Below, piece after piece: positions 26,078 through 35,442 of a stretch of DNA of 64,000 bases. The stretch is from Candidatus Edwardsbacteria bacterium (GTDB lineage: Bacteria > Edwardsbacteria > AC1 > EtOH8): the NCBI GenBank assembly GCA_020053305.1, contig JAGVNJ010000009.1, positions 10,426 to 74,425 on the forward strand, given 5' to 3'. The number at the start of each line of letters is the position of its first letter. Within the stretch, counting starts at the first letter, position 1. The translations under genes were made by a program, and so were the position numbers. The notes beneath the pieces were generated by a model. It was given only the letters and a program-made list of their open reading frames with translations. It ran no database searches and was not told where the DNA came from.

Positions 26078-27466
26078 CTACAATTCCAGCTTTTGCTCGA
26101 GGTCGGGCACCAGAACTTCGCGCCCCGCTTCTTTAAAAGCCTGGGCTAAACTCTGGCTTTGGGCCTCCTCACCATGGATCAGGAGGATCTTGCCCGCCCC
26201 GTCCTTCATGTTGTCGGCAAAATTAATCAGATCGTTACGGTCGGCGTGGGCGGAAAAACCGTTCAGCACCTTTATCTCGGCCCTGACATCCTGCTCTTCG
26301 CCGAATATTTTTACTGACGGGGACTTGTCCACCAGCCGCTTTCCCAAAGTGCCCTGGGCCTGGAAACCCACTATCAAAACCATATTCCGAGAGTCCCCCA
26401 GGGAATTCCTCAGATGATGCAACACCCGCCCTCCTTCGCACATGCCGGAGGCGGAGATGATGATGCAGGGGGTGTTGGAGTGGTTGAGTTTTTTCGAATC
26501 CTCCGACGTCATGACGTAGGTCAGACGGCCAAAACCAAAAGGATCATGATGATTTTCTATCTGTATCCGCGTTTCTTTATCGAAACATTCGGGATGCATC
26601 TTGAATATATTGGTTACGTTTATTGACAGGGGGCTGTCCACGTAAATGGGTACGGCCGGCAGCTTCTCCGCCTCAAACATGCCGTGCAGTTCATAGACGA
26701 TCTCCTGGGTGCGCCCCACCGAAAAGGCCGGGATGATAAGCTTGCCTTTGCGGTTATGTACCTGCTTGACGATCTCCTGAAGTTTCCGGCTGGTCTCCTC
26801 GATGGGGCCGTGAATCCTGTCTCCGTAAGTACTTTCCATCAAAAGATAGTCGGCTCCGGCGGGTTGATAGGGATCGCGGATGATAGGAAGGTGGTCACGG
26901 CCCAGGTCCCCGGTAAAAAAGAACTTTTTGCTTCGGCCGTTCTCGGTAAGCTCCAGATCCACCATGGCTGAGCCCAGGATATGACCGGCATCGTGAAATA
27001 CAGCCTTTACCCCTGGCAGGGGATTGAAAACCCGCTCATATGACAGGCTGACAAAATAGTCCAGCGCCCTTTCGGCGTCGTCCATGGTATACAAAGGTTC
27101 TTTCAGCGGCAGTCCTTTGGCCGCCATTTTTTTGTTGACAAATTTTATATCGCTCTCCTGGATATGGGCCGAATCCCGGAGCATCAAGCCCAGCAGATCC
27201 CTGGTGGCCGAAGTCATATAGATGTCGCCCTTGAAGCCGTTCTTTACCAGGGTTGGAATATTCCCGCTGTGGTCCAGGTGGGCGTGGGACAGGATCATGG
27301 CATCAATGCCGGCAGGATCAAAAGGAAAATTTTTATTGAGATTGTCGCTCTCCTCCCTCCTCCCCTGATGGATCCCGCATTCCAAAAGCAGTTTTTTGCC
27401 CCCCACTTCTATCAGGTGCATGGACCCGGTAACCTTCTTGGCTGCTCCGTGAAAAGTGATGTTCAT
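26078..27466 (-). CDS. MBL-fold beta-CASP ribonuclease
   Basis: VTGS, SHAHLDHSG, AGHILGS, MESTYG, PAFSVGR, FSAHAD and HGE motifs. Confidence 0.93.
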   Translation of the reverse strand: MNITFHGAAKKVTGSMHLIEVGGKKLLLECGIHQGRREESDNLNKNFPFDPAGIDAMILSHAHLDHSGNIPTLVKNGFKGDIYMTSATRDLLGLMLRDSAHIQESDIKFVNKKMAAKGLPLKEPLYTMDDAERALDYFVSLSYERVFNPLPGVKAVFHDAGHILGSAMVDLELTENGRSKKFFFTGDLGRDHLPIIRDPYQPAGADYLLMESTYGDRIHGPIEETSRKLQEIVKQVHNRKGKLIIPAFSVGRTQEIVYELHGMFEAEKLPAVPIYVDSPLSINVTNIFKMHPECFDKETRIQIENHHDPFGFGRLTYVMTSEDSKKLNHSNTPCIIISASGMCEGGRVLHHLRNSLGDSRNMVLIVGFQAQGTLGKRLVDKSPSVKIFGEEQDVRAEIKVLNGFSAHADRNDLINFADNMKDGAGKILLIHGEEAQSQSLAQAFKEAGREVLVPDLEQKLEL

Positions 27467-27882
27467 TTTTGTTTGGCGGCTGTTGTGAATTTCCAAATAG
27501 GGCTAATTGTCTCAGCTCCGTGATTGTCTTGCGCTTTAATTTTCCAGCAATATAAAGTTCCGTTTTCAAGATTGTTATACATTATACTTGTAGTTTCAAC
27601 AATAGATGCCGAATCGATATTCAGGTTATTGCTGTTCGGCCATAAATAAATATGATATGTAAGAATATCGTCACTATTAGGGTCGGAGCATGTCCAATTG
27701 AAAACAATGTAATTCATCATACCGATAGCATTGTCTGCCGGATAAGGGTTTTTGGGAACATTCGGAGGATAATTTTGACTCACAGGGTTTGGTATGACTC
27801 CAGTCGGCGATTCATCTGTAGAGCAACCCAACTCCAAAGCCATTAGCAAAAGGCATACTGAAAATAAATTAAGTACCTTCAT
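27463..27882 (-). CDS. AT-rich lipoprotein with a single Fn3-like module
   Basis: LELGC lipobox; PNVPKNPYP..FNW..SDP..YCWKIKA..WKFTT; its stop overlaps the RNase start (ATGA). Confidence 0.7.
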   Translation of the reverse strand: MKVLNLFSVCLLLMALELGCSTDESPTGVIPNPVSQNYPPNVPKNPYPADNAIGMMNYIVFNWTCSDPNSDDILTYHIYLWPNSNNLNIDSASIVETTSIMYNNLENGTLYCWKIKAQDNHGAETISPIWKFTTAAKQK

Positions 27883-27992
27883 ATTTCAATTCCTTAAAAT
27901 AATGTTTATTTTTTAAAGTGCATTTTTATAAACCAAAACTCAACGGGCTATAAGGAAAAACTGGCGAAACATATAATGTTAACACAATACAT

Positions 27993-28415
27993 TAAAAGGC
28001 CCCCGTTGTCAAGACAAAAAATGGGGTTATGCTTGTTACAGTTTAGGCTGCCATTAGGGTTGATTGCTTAAGGTCGTTGTAAACTGCCTCCGGGGTTTGC
28101 TAACCAAGGAACTGGTGGGGACGCCGTTGGTTGTGGAACACAAAGTAATTGCTGATGGACTGCCGGGCTATCGGGACCGAGGCATACTTGCGGAGATAGA
28201 CTTCCTCGTATTTAAGGGAACGTCATAATTTTTCGGCAAAACTGTTGTCCAATGTCCGAACCAGGCCATCCCTGTTGATCTTGAGGTTGTGCTCTTTCAA
28301 AATGTCGGTAAACTCGATTGAGGTAAACTGACAGCCCTGGTCGGTGTTGAACATATCCGGGGGGCCATACTGTAAAAGCCCTGGGCAAGTCGTTTAGACA
28401 GAAGCCGCTATCATA
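27993..28415 (-). mobile_element. IS3-family transposase remnant (rve C-terminus) with a probable right inverted repeat
   Basis: Minus strand reads PDMFNTDQGCQFTS..F..IL...DN.FAEKL*RSLKYEEVYL...HNQRRPHQFLG*QTP with two premature stops; TGTCTTGACAACGGGGGCC end motif. Confidence 0.85.
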
Positions 28416-28439
28416 TGTTTTATATATGATATTTGCCTC

Positions 28440-28952
28440 TTACAGCAGACTGAGTTCTCCCCGCTCCAGACGCAGCAGCCTTTCTTTCCATCCCACTCCG
28501 GCCGAAAACCCTCCGGTGGAAAAATCCTGCATGATCACCCGGTGGCAGGGAATAATGACCGGCAGGGGATTCAGGCCCAGCGCGCGGCCCACCGCTTTGA
28601 AGGCCTTGGGATGGTGGATCTGGTCGGCCAGCCACTTGTATGACCGCACCTGGCCGTAGGGTATCTGGCGGACCTTGTTCCATACTTCGCGCTCAAAGGG
28701 AGTGATTCCTCTTAAGTCCAGGGGGTAGCTAAAATCAATCGGGATCCCGGAAAAATACCCGGCTAGGTCAACGTAAATATCTTCGAACCTGCCGGGGTTT
28801 TGGCTGAACTGGCATTGATGTCTGGTTTCCAGTTCTTTGAAATGAGACTCAAGATCATGTTCCCCCAGAATCACAGAGAACAATCCGGCATCGGTGGAGG
28901 AAACAAAGACCATTCCCAGCGTCAGATCATATTGACAGTAATGTATTATCAT
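28440..28952 (-). CDS. ogt: Methylated-DNA--protein-cysteine methyltransferase
   Basis: IPYG..SY, AVG and NP...IIPCHRV active-site motifs. Confidence 0.93.
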   Translation of the reverse strand: MIIHYCQYDLTLGMVFVSSTDAGLFSVILGEHDLESHFKELETRHQCQFSQNPGRFEDIYVDLAGYFSGIPIDFSYPLDLRGITPFEREVWNKVRQIPYGQVRSYKWLADQIHHPKAFKAVGRALGLNPLPVIIPCHRVIMQDFSTGGFSAGVGWKERLLRLERGELSLL

Positions 28953-30740
28953 CTATTCCTTTTCCAATTCCTGCAGTATCCTGGAGGCCATTGTTGCTCC
29001 GACAATCTCAGCCAGATCCTCCCGGCTGGCCGAGGAGATGCGTTTTACCGAGCCGAATTTTCTCAGCAGTCTGCCGGAGATGCCGGGGCCTACTCCCTTG
29101 ATGGATACCAATCTGGTATTGCCGGTGCGCTTGGCCCGGAGCGCATGATGGTATCTCTGGGCGAAACGATGTGCTTCATCCCGCAGTCGTTGCATCAAAT
29201 GCAGGCCGGAGGAGTTCCGGGGAAGGCTGACAACGCTTCCGTCCTCAAGAAACAATTCTTCCATCCTTTTGGCCAGGCCGGCCATGGGGATATTATAGCC
29301 TTTTTCCCGCTTCGATTGCAAGGCGGAGTTAAGCTGGGGCAATCCACCGTCCACCAGGATCAGATCGGGCATATCCATTTTGGCTTCCCTAACATGATCC
29401 AGGTAACGCCCCACGGTCTCTTTGATCATTGCGGTATCATTGGTCCCCTCGGTTCCGATCTTGAAATGCCGGTATCCCGCTTTATAGGGCCTGGCGTCCT
29501 TGAAGCAGACCGCCGAACCCACGCTGTCGGTCCCCGAGATGTTGGAGATGTCGAAAGCCGTCACCAGCCGGGGAAGTTTGTCCAGGCCCAGAGCCTGTTG
29601 AACCTCTATCAGGGGTTTGGCGGTTTTAGCATTCAATCTCTCCCTTCCCGCCACCAGCTCATCCATCTTGCTGGCAAGTTGCTTGTGGGCGAAGGATAGG
29701 AGTTTCTTTTCAACATTGTTAGACGGCAGTTTAAGCGAGACCCCAGTGCCCTTGAAATTAAGCAGCACCTCTTCCAGCAGATTGCTGCCTTCGGGCAGGA
29801 TTTCCAAAATTATATTATCGGGGATGGTCAGGGAGATCAAATAATGCTGGGAGATGAACGACGACAACAGTTCGGGATCCCCGGATCCCAGGGGATCTTC
29901 TATGGCCCGGTCATACCTGGCCACCAGTCTCCCGCCCCGGAAAGAAAGCACTATGAAGACAATTTGTTTTTTCAGCCTGGCCAAAGCAATGAAGTCGGCG
30001 CACATCTCCCCCTTGAAAATTATTTTCTGCCCGGCTGTTACCCGTTCCAGGTTCTGCAGCTGATCCCTCCAGTGGGCCGCCTGCTCAAAATCTAGCTGTT
30101 TGGAGGCAGCGTCACGCAATACTTCAAGCTCATGCACCAGCTCCCGGTTTCGCCCGGAGATGTACTTCACTATGGTATCTATCATCGTTCGGTATTCTTC
30201 GGGACTGATCTTGCCCTGGCAGGGAGCCAGACAGCGCCCTATCTGATGATTGAGACAGGGGCGGGAAGGTTTTTTGGCGGGGAGCTGCTGCCGGCAGGTT
30301 CGGACGGGAAATATCTGTTTGACCAAAGCCAGGGTATGCTTCAGGGCGGTGTTGTCGGTGTACGGCCCGAAAAGTCGAGAGCCGTCTTGGTTCAAGTTGC
30401 GGGTGGAGAATATTCTGGGGTACGGCTCGTTGGTAATCTTTATCCAGGGGAATTTCTTGTCATCCTTCAAAAGAATGTTGTACCGGGGCTGTCGTTTCTT
30501 CACCAGTTCAGCCTCAAGGATCAGGGCCTCCGGTTCGGAATCGGTGACGATATACTCGATGTCGACCGTACTGGAGGTCAGCTTTTTCTCCTTGACGTCG
30601 CCGGTGCTGCGAAAATGCCCCAGCACCCGGTCCCGTATATTCTTGGCCTTGCCGATGTAGATGTCCCTTCCGGCCGAGTCCTTGAAGATATAGATCCCCG
30701 GCAGTTCCGGGAGAGTGTTTATATTATCCCGAGGTTTCAT
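28953..30740 (-). CDS. uvrC: Excinuclease ABC subunit C
   Basis: GIY-YIG (PGIY..YIGKA), PRYN, FGPY, FDISN, LVDGG, RDEAHRFA and HhH motifs. Confidence 0.97.
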   Translation of the reverse strand: MKPRDNINTLPELPGIYIFKDSAGRDIYIGKAKNIRDRVLGHFRSTGDVKEKKLTSSTVDIEYIVTDSEPEALILEAELVKKRQPRYNILLKDDKKFPWIKITNEPYPRIFSTRNLNQDGSRLFGPYTDNTALKHTLALVKQIFPVRTCRQQLPAKKPSRPCLNHQIGRCLAPCQGKISPEEYRTMIDTIVKYISGRNRELVHELEVLRDAASKQLDFEQAAHWRDQLQNLERVTAGQKIIFKGEMCADFIALARLKKQIVFIVLSFRGGRLVARYDRAIEDPLGSGDPELLSSFISQHYLISLTIPDNIILEILPEGSNLLEEVLLNFKGTGVSLKLPSNNVEKKLLSFAHKQLASKMDELVAGRERLNAKTAKPLIEVQQALGLDKLPRLVTAFDISNISGTDSVGSAVCFKDARPYKAGYRHFKIGTEGTNDTAMIKETVGRYLDHVREAKMDMPDLILVDGGLPQLNSALQSKREKGYNIPMAGLAKRMEELFLEDGSVVSLPRNSSGLHLMQRLRDEAHRFAQRYHHALRAKRTGNTRLVSIKGVGPGISGRLLRKFGSVKRISSASREDLAEIVGATMASRILQELEKE

Positions 30741-30746
30741 AAATTA

Positions 30747-31415
30747 CTAAACGGGTTGAATGCATTGGATGGAATTGTTCCGGGGGGAATTGACCAGGCG
30801 GGCCACCTGATGGCAATCCATGGTCTCCGGGGGATACGGTCGGAGCAGGACCCCCATGGCTTTTTCGTCGAAAACATCGTTGTCCAACCAGAGATGGTAA
30901 TCCTTCCGGGCGATTATGGCCGGCATCCGGTCATGCACCGGCTGCATCAGGGAGTTGGCCGCTGTGGTGATGATGGTGCAGCTGTCAAGCGCCCCTCCGT
31001 CGGGGCCGCGCCATGATTCGAACAGTCCGGCCAGGCCCATGGGGACGGGATCCTTTAGGTGGAAATAATAGGGAACCTTCTGCCCGCCCCGGCCGCCCCA
31101 CTCATAAAAACCGTCGGCTATGACCAGGCAGCGCTTTCTCTGAAAAGGCTTTTTAAAGCTGGGCTTCCCGCTCAGGGTCTCAGCCCGGGCGTTGATCATT
31201 TTGTACCCGGTCTTCTCATCCTTGGCCCAGGGCGGGATCAGGCCCCAGCGGAATGCCTTGACGGTCAGCCGGTCTCTTTTGACCACTGCCGCCACAGCGT
31301 TCCCCGGAGCAATATTATAACTGGGCTCCAGCAGAAAAGAGATATCGTTCAAGCCGATATCGAATTCCAGCGCTATCTCCTCCCCGCTGCTTTTCCTGAC
31401 GAACCTGCCGCACAT
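30747..31415 (-). CDS. SOS response-associated peptidase (SRAP/HMCES, YedK-like)
   Basis: N-terminal MCGRF; YNIAP, WGLIP, INARAE, GFYEW and HDRMP motifs. Confidence 0.95.
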   Translation of the reverse strand: MCGRFVRKSSGEEIALEFDIGLNDISFLLEPSYNIAPGNAVAAVVKRDRLTVKAFRWGLIPPWAKDEKTGYKMINARAETLSGKPSFKKPFQRKRCLVIADGFYEWGGRGGQKVPYYFHLKDPVPMGLAGLFESWRGPDGGALDSCTIITTAANSLMQPVHDRMPAIIARKDYHLWLDNDVFDEKAMGVLLRPYPPETMDCHQVARLVNSPRNNSIQCIQPV

Positions 31416-31419
31416 GATG

Positions 31420-32871
31420 TCACCCCGGCTCGCGTATTGACATCACTTCACCCTTGCTGAGGAAGCAGTTGCGGAGCGAATTGTCCGTCAGATGCTTGAG
31501 TATCTCATCAAGCAGTTGCCTGGCAATTTCCCGTTGCTCCCCGGCCCTGCCCGGTTCTCCCAGAGCCGTAAATATTTGATGCCCCAGGGAATGGACCTGC
31601 AGGGCGAATGACTTGTGTACAATCTCCGACAGCTCCGTCTTCAGGGTTATATATTCCTCCCGGGCCTCCGGCCACCTCCCCTGCCGCGCCAGGGCCCGCA
31701 TCTTACCGTAAAGCAACAGGCATCGATCGTTTTTTCTCAATGCCCGGCCGTCACGGCACAAGTACCTGTCGATTAATTCAACGGCCTCGCCCGGCGGCCG
31801 AAGACATGACAACACCCGTAGACGGACCAGCTCCAGGCGGGCCGACAGTTCCGTTTCCTCAATCTCCCGACCTATCTCCAAAGCGAGATCCAGATGCCTC
31901 TCCGCATCTCCGGGACAATCCATCAGAGAATAACAATGGGCCAAATAGCCGTTGGTGACGGCCTCGGTCGGCCGGTCATTGACCTCCCGGACAGCAGCGA
32001 TTGACGCCCGGAGGTGTTCGATCCCTTTATGATAATCGGCCAGGTCAACGTACATTTGCCCCATCATTTCATTCCCCAGCCCTACACTGATAAGGTCTTC
32101 CGCCTCTCTGCCCAGCTCCAAGCATCGGCGCGCCAAGGCAAAGGCTCGGTCGTAATCGCCCTGGTGCCAGTACATTTCCGAAACGTTCCCCGATACCACC
32201 GCACTGCCAAGCTTGTACCCGGCGCGATCGTAATGCTTGACGGCCGAGGCGTAGGCCTGAATGGTTTCCGCTGTCCGGTTCTGGCCCCTCAGGCAGATTC
32301 CCAGATTGTTGTAGGCGTCTCCCAGGATGTCGACCGAATTGAATCTCTCGTAGACTGTTATAGCCTGCCGCAGCAGGCTCTCGGCAGGCTGAAGCTGGTT
32401 GCCGTACACCAGGGTCAGACCCTTGTCCAGCCAGATGCCGGCCCGGGCCAGATCGCTGTCGGCATGCTTTTCTGCCTCCTGATAATACTGCAGGGCCTGG
32501 CGGGTCAGAGTCTTTTCGCGAGCTATCAAAGCCCGCCATTCGTAAGCCTGACGGATTATATTTTTATCGGTGTCAGCCTCGATCACTTCCAATAGCCTGT
32601 CGGCCAGTTCCTCGGCCTTATTCAGATCGCCGATAACGCTGAAATGCCTTACCTGCATTATTAAAAAATCGATTTGGTGATCGTTCCGGTCAATCCGCAG
32701 AAGCAGTTTCCCCAGGGTTTCAAGCAGTTCCCGTTCCTGCACCCGCTCCGCCAGCAGATTTATTATGTTCAACTTCTGGCTGTAAAGGTACCAGAGCTTC
32801 TCCATCCACTGCGCGGCTGTGATTTCCCCGTCTGACGCATATTTATAATTTTGCTTAGCCATAAATTTCAA
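31420..32871 (-). CDS. Stand-alone MalT-like TPR protein
   Basis: Repeats such as AYNNLGICL..A...Y..A and GNVSEMY..GDY..A; start could be 32862. Confidence 0.75.
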   Translation of the reverse strand: MKFMAKQNYKYASDGEITAAQWMEKLWYLYSQKLNIINLLAERVQERELLETLGKLLLRIDRNDHQIDFLIMQVRHFSVIGDLNKAEELADRLLEVIEADTDKNIIRQAYEWRALIAREKTLTRQALQYYQEAEKHADSDLARAGIWLDKGLTLVYGNQLQPAESLLRQAITVYERFNSVDILGDAYNNLGICLRGQNRTAETIQAYASAVKHYDRAGYKLGSAVVSGNVSEMYWHQGDYDRAFALARRCLELGREAEDLISVGLGNEMMGQMYVDLADYHKGIEHLRASIAAVREVNDRPTEAVTNGYLAHCYSLMDCPGDAERHLDLALEIGREIEETELSARLELVRLRVLSCLRPPGEAVELIDRYLCRDGRALRKNDRCLLLYGKMRALARQGRWPEAREEYITLKTELSEIVHKSFALQVHSLGHQIFTALGEPGRAGEQREIARQLLDEILKHLTDNSLRNCFLSKGEVMSIREPG

Positions 32872-33506
32872 CGGTACAGCTTCCCCCGATACTTAATTTC
32901 CTCAATATACATCACTTCGCAGGAGCCGTCCCCGGCGTCCTCCCGGCTCAGGGATGAGTTCCACCAGAAATTGCTCTCTCCTTTAACGGCATCCACATAG
33001 ACCAGAAAACCGTAGGCTTCGATAGTGTCCCAGGCCGAGATGTTCCGCAGGGCCGCCCGGAGGTTATCGTTGGCCGGGATGGCGTGGACGTTAGCCGAAT
33101 AACGGGCAATGAAGGTATTGTCAAAGGGGAATTCCTCGTCATAACGCCAGTAATACCAGCGGTTGCTTTGCGACCAGCGCACTTTTTTATACAAGCCGGT
33201 GGTGGTCATCTTGCCCCAGGCCACCGCCAGGTCGCAGGGGGCTATGGTCGAGTTCCAATCCGAGCCGTAATTTTTTCTGCTCAACACCAAGCCTTTTAAA
33301 ATATATTCGGCCTTTGGTTTTATAGTTATGTCGTAGTCATTGGCCGAAATTTTGATCGGGTTCTGATCCTCCAGTGGCAGCTGCACCGGATCGTCCCGAA
33401 TATCGATCGTTTCGCTGTCGACGGTCCCTTCCGGCGGAGTCCCGCAGGATTGCAGCAATATCAGGCAAAATATGATCATCAGGATAACCGTGGCGTTTCG
33501 GGACAT
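32868..33506 (-). CDS. Hypothetical lipoprotein
   Basis: LLQSC lipobox; DLAVAWG, SQSNRWY, SANVHAIP and SSLSREDAGDGSCE look like conserved motifs. Confidence 0.8.
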   Translation of the reverse strand: MSRNATVILMIIFCLILLQSCGTPPEGTVDSETIDIRDDPVQLPLEDQNPIKISANDYDITIKPKAEYILKGLVLSRKNYGSDWNSTIAPCDLAVAWGKMTTTGLYKKVRWSQSNRWYYWRYDEEFPFDNTFIARYSANVHAIPANDNLRAALRNISAWDTIEAYGFLVYVDAVKGESNFWWNSSLSREDAGDGSCEVMYIEEIKYRGKLYR

Positions 33507-33532
33507 ATTTTTATCGCTCCTTTTTTAGATTC

Positions 33533-34801
33533 TCAGGCTTTGGCCACCGGCAGGTCGGCCCAGCTGGTGGTGTACCTGGGTGACAGCTTCAGCTGGCGCA
33601 TTTTCCATGGCTTGTCCACCCCCTGGGCAGCATAGAACACCGTGTTGCGACCCTGCGAAAGATTGATCTTATCAACCGCCTGCATGATGGCCTGTTTTTG
33701 CCGATGCTTTTTTTGATCGCTTTCCAGGTCCAGCTGCACCTGGCTGTCTGGCACCAGCCCGCTGAGCATGACCCCGGCCCGTTTGTAATTGTAGCCCGTT
33801 TTGAAGATTTTCTCCAGAGCCCGGCCGGCATATTTTATCAGCACGGGGGTGTGGCCGGTGGCGGTGGGCAATCCGACGGTCACGAAATTCCGGTATTGCG
33901 ATTCATCGCGAAAACTGCTGGTTTCGATAAAGACATGCACGAAGGCTGCCGCCGACCGCTGCCTCCTGACCTTTTCGGCAGAGGCCGCAGTGAACTCCGC
34001 CACTGCCTGGCTTAACTGGGTCCTGTCCCTGATGAGCTGGCCGAAGGACCTCGAAGTAAGAACGGCTTTCTTGGGTCTGGCAAAATGTTCCAGCCGGATG
34101 CAAGTCGTCCCCCGCAGCTCGGTGACGGTCCGCAATCCCGTCACGGTCATATTCTTTTTTATCCAGGCGTCGGGCCTGGTGGCCAGCTGCAATGCGTTAT
34201 GGATGCCGTGCCGGTTGAGAAGTTTGGCGTACCGGAACCCCACCCCCCAGATATCCCCGACCTCCAGCTGCTCCAGGTAATCATCCACAGCAGGGTTCAG
34301 GGACAGATCCAGAATGCCGTCGCATTCGGGGATTCTCTTGGCGAACCTGTTGGCGGCCTTGGCCAGGGTCTTGGTCAAGCCCAGACCGATCGACACCGGT
34401 ATCCCGGTCCATTTACGGACGGTGCGGCGGATCTCCCGGGCGCAGCTTTCCAGGTCGCCTGTCGTGCCGGACAGGGTCAGGAAGGCCTCGTCTATGGAAT
34501 ATATCTCCATCTGGGGTGAGAACTGTTTCAGGGTCTCCATCACCCGGTTGGACATATCGCCGTACAAGGTGAAATTGGCAGAAAAAACCTGGATGTTGTG
34601 CCGATCGATCAAGTCCTGCTGTTCAAAAAAAGGCTCGCCCATCCTGATGCCGGCGGCCTTGGCCTCGTTGGAGCGGGCGATGATGCAGCCGTCGTTATTG
34701 GAGAGCACCACCACCGGGAGCTTGGCCAGCCGGGGATCGAAGACCCTCTCGCAGGAGGCATAGAAATTGTTGCAGTCCACCAGGGCAAAGACCGTATCCA
34801 T
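33533..34801 (-). CDS. umuC: Y-family DNA polymerase V subunit UmuC
   Basis: LVDCNNFYASCE, LSNNDGC, YSIDE, SRSFG and C-terminal SPRYTT motifs. Confidence 0.96.
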   Translation of the reverse strand: MDTVFALVDCNNFYASCERVFDPRLAKLPVVVLSNNDGCIIARSNEAKAAGIRMGEPFFEQQDLIDRHNIQVFSANFTLYGDMSNRVMETLKQFSPQMEIYSIDEAFLTLSGTTGDLESCAREIRRTVRKWTGIPVSIGLGLTKTLAKAANRFAKRIPECDGILDLSLNPAVDDYLEQLEVGDIWGVGFRYAKLLNRHGIHNALQLATRPDAWIKKNMTVTGLRTVTELRGTTCIRLEHFARPKKAVLTSRSFGQLIRDRTQLSQAVAEFTAASAEKVRRQRSAAAFVHVFIETSSFRDESQYRNFVTVGLPTATGHTPVLIKYAGRALEKIFKTGYNYKRAGVMLSGLVPDSQVQLDLESDQKKHRQKQAIMQAVDKINLSQGRNTVFYAAQGVDKPWKMRQLKLSPRYTTSWADLPVAKA

Positions 34802-34808
34802 AAAGAAC

Positions 34809-35270
34809 CTACACCGAATGGATCACGTGTATCACCACCCCCCAGATGTCGAAATCCATCTCCGGGGTGACCTCCAGGTCCCGATATTCCGGGTTCTCGG
34901 CGGCCAGAAAGGTCCGGTCCTTTTTTCGGCGCAGGCGTTTGACCGTCAGCTCTCCGTTGACCGCCGCCACCACGATCTTCCTGTCGATCGGCTCCAGGGA
35001 CCGGTCCACTATCAAGACATCTCCGGAATGAATGCCCGCCTGGATCATGGAATTACCCTGGACCCTGACGAAAAATGTGGCCGCCGGATGCCGGATCAGG
35101 TGTTCGTTAAGGTCCAGCTTCTTGTCCAGAAAATCATCGGCCGGCGAGGGAAACCCTGCAGCGATGCTGGCCAGGTAGAGCGGCAATTTCAGCTTTCCCC
35201 CGGCCTGGAAACCGCATATTTTCATTTCCGAAGGGGATTGTTTGTTTTTTATCTTCATTATCTTTAACAT
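34809..35270 (-). CDS. umuD: UmuD (S24 autoprotease)
   Basis: AAGFPSPA cleavage site, GNSM Ser, VKRL Lys; no HTH; start uncertain (35225, 35258 or 35270). Confidence 0.93.
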   Translation of the reverse strand: MLKIMKIKNKQSPSEMKICGFQAGGKLKLPLYLASIAAGFPSPADDFLDKKLDLNEHLIRHPAATFFVRVQGNSMIQAGIHSGDVLIVDRSLEPIDRKIVVAAVNGELTVKRLRRKKDRTFLAAENPEYRDLEVTPEMDFDIWGVVIHVIHSV

Positions 35271-35382
35271 ATTGTAAATTCGCTGGATCAATTGAAATAT
35301 ATCATTTATACCGTTGGCTTTCAAGAGAAATTGTCCTCAAGGCATGATATATTATTTTGACCAGGAAATGATCAAGTTATTA

Positions 35383-35412
35383 TTGATAAATCCATGGGTT
35401 TTATGTTATATT
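35383..35412 (+). promoter_or_regulatory. Promoter of the tldD-pyr operon
   Basis: TTGATA-18 bp-TATATT with extended -10 TG. Confidence 0.5.
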
Positions 35413-35442
35413 TACTGACAAAGAGAATATTTCGGAGAAGGT

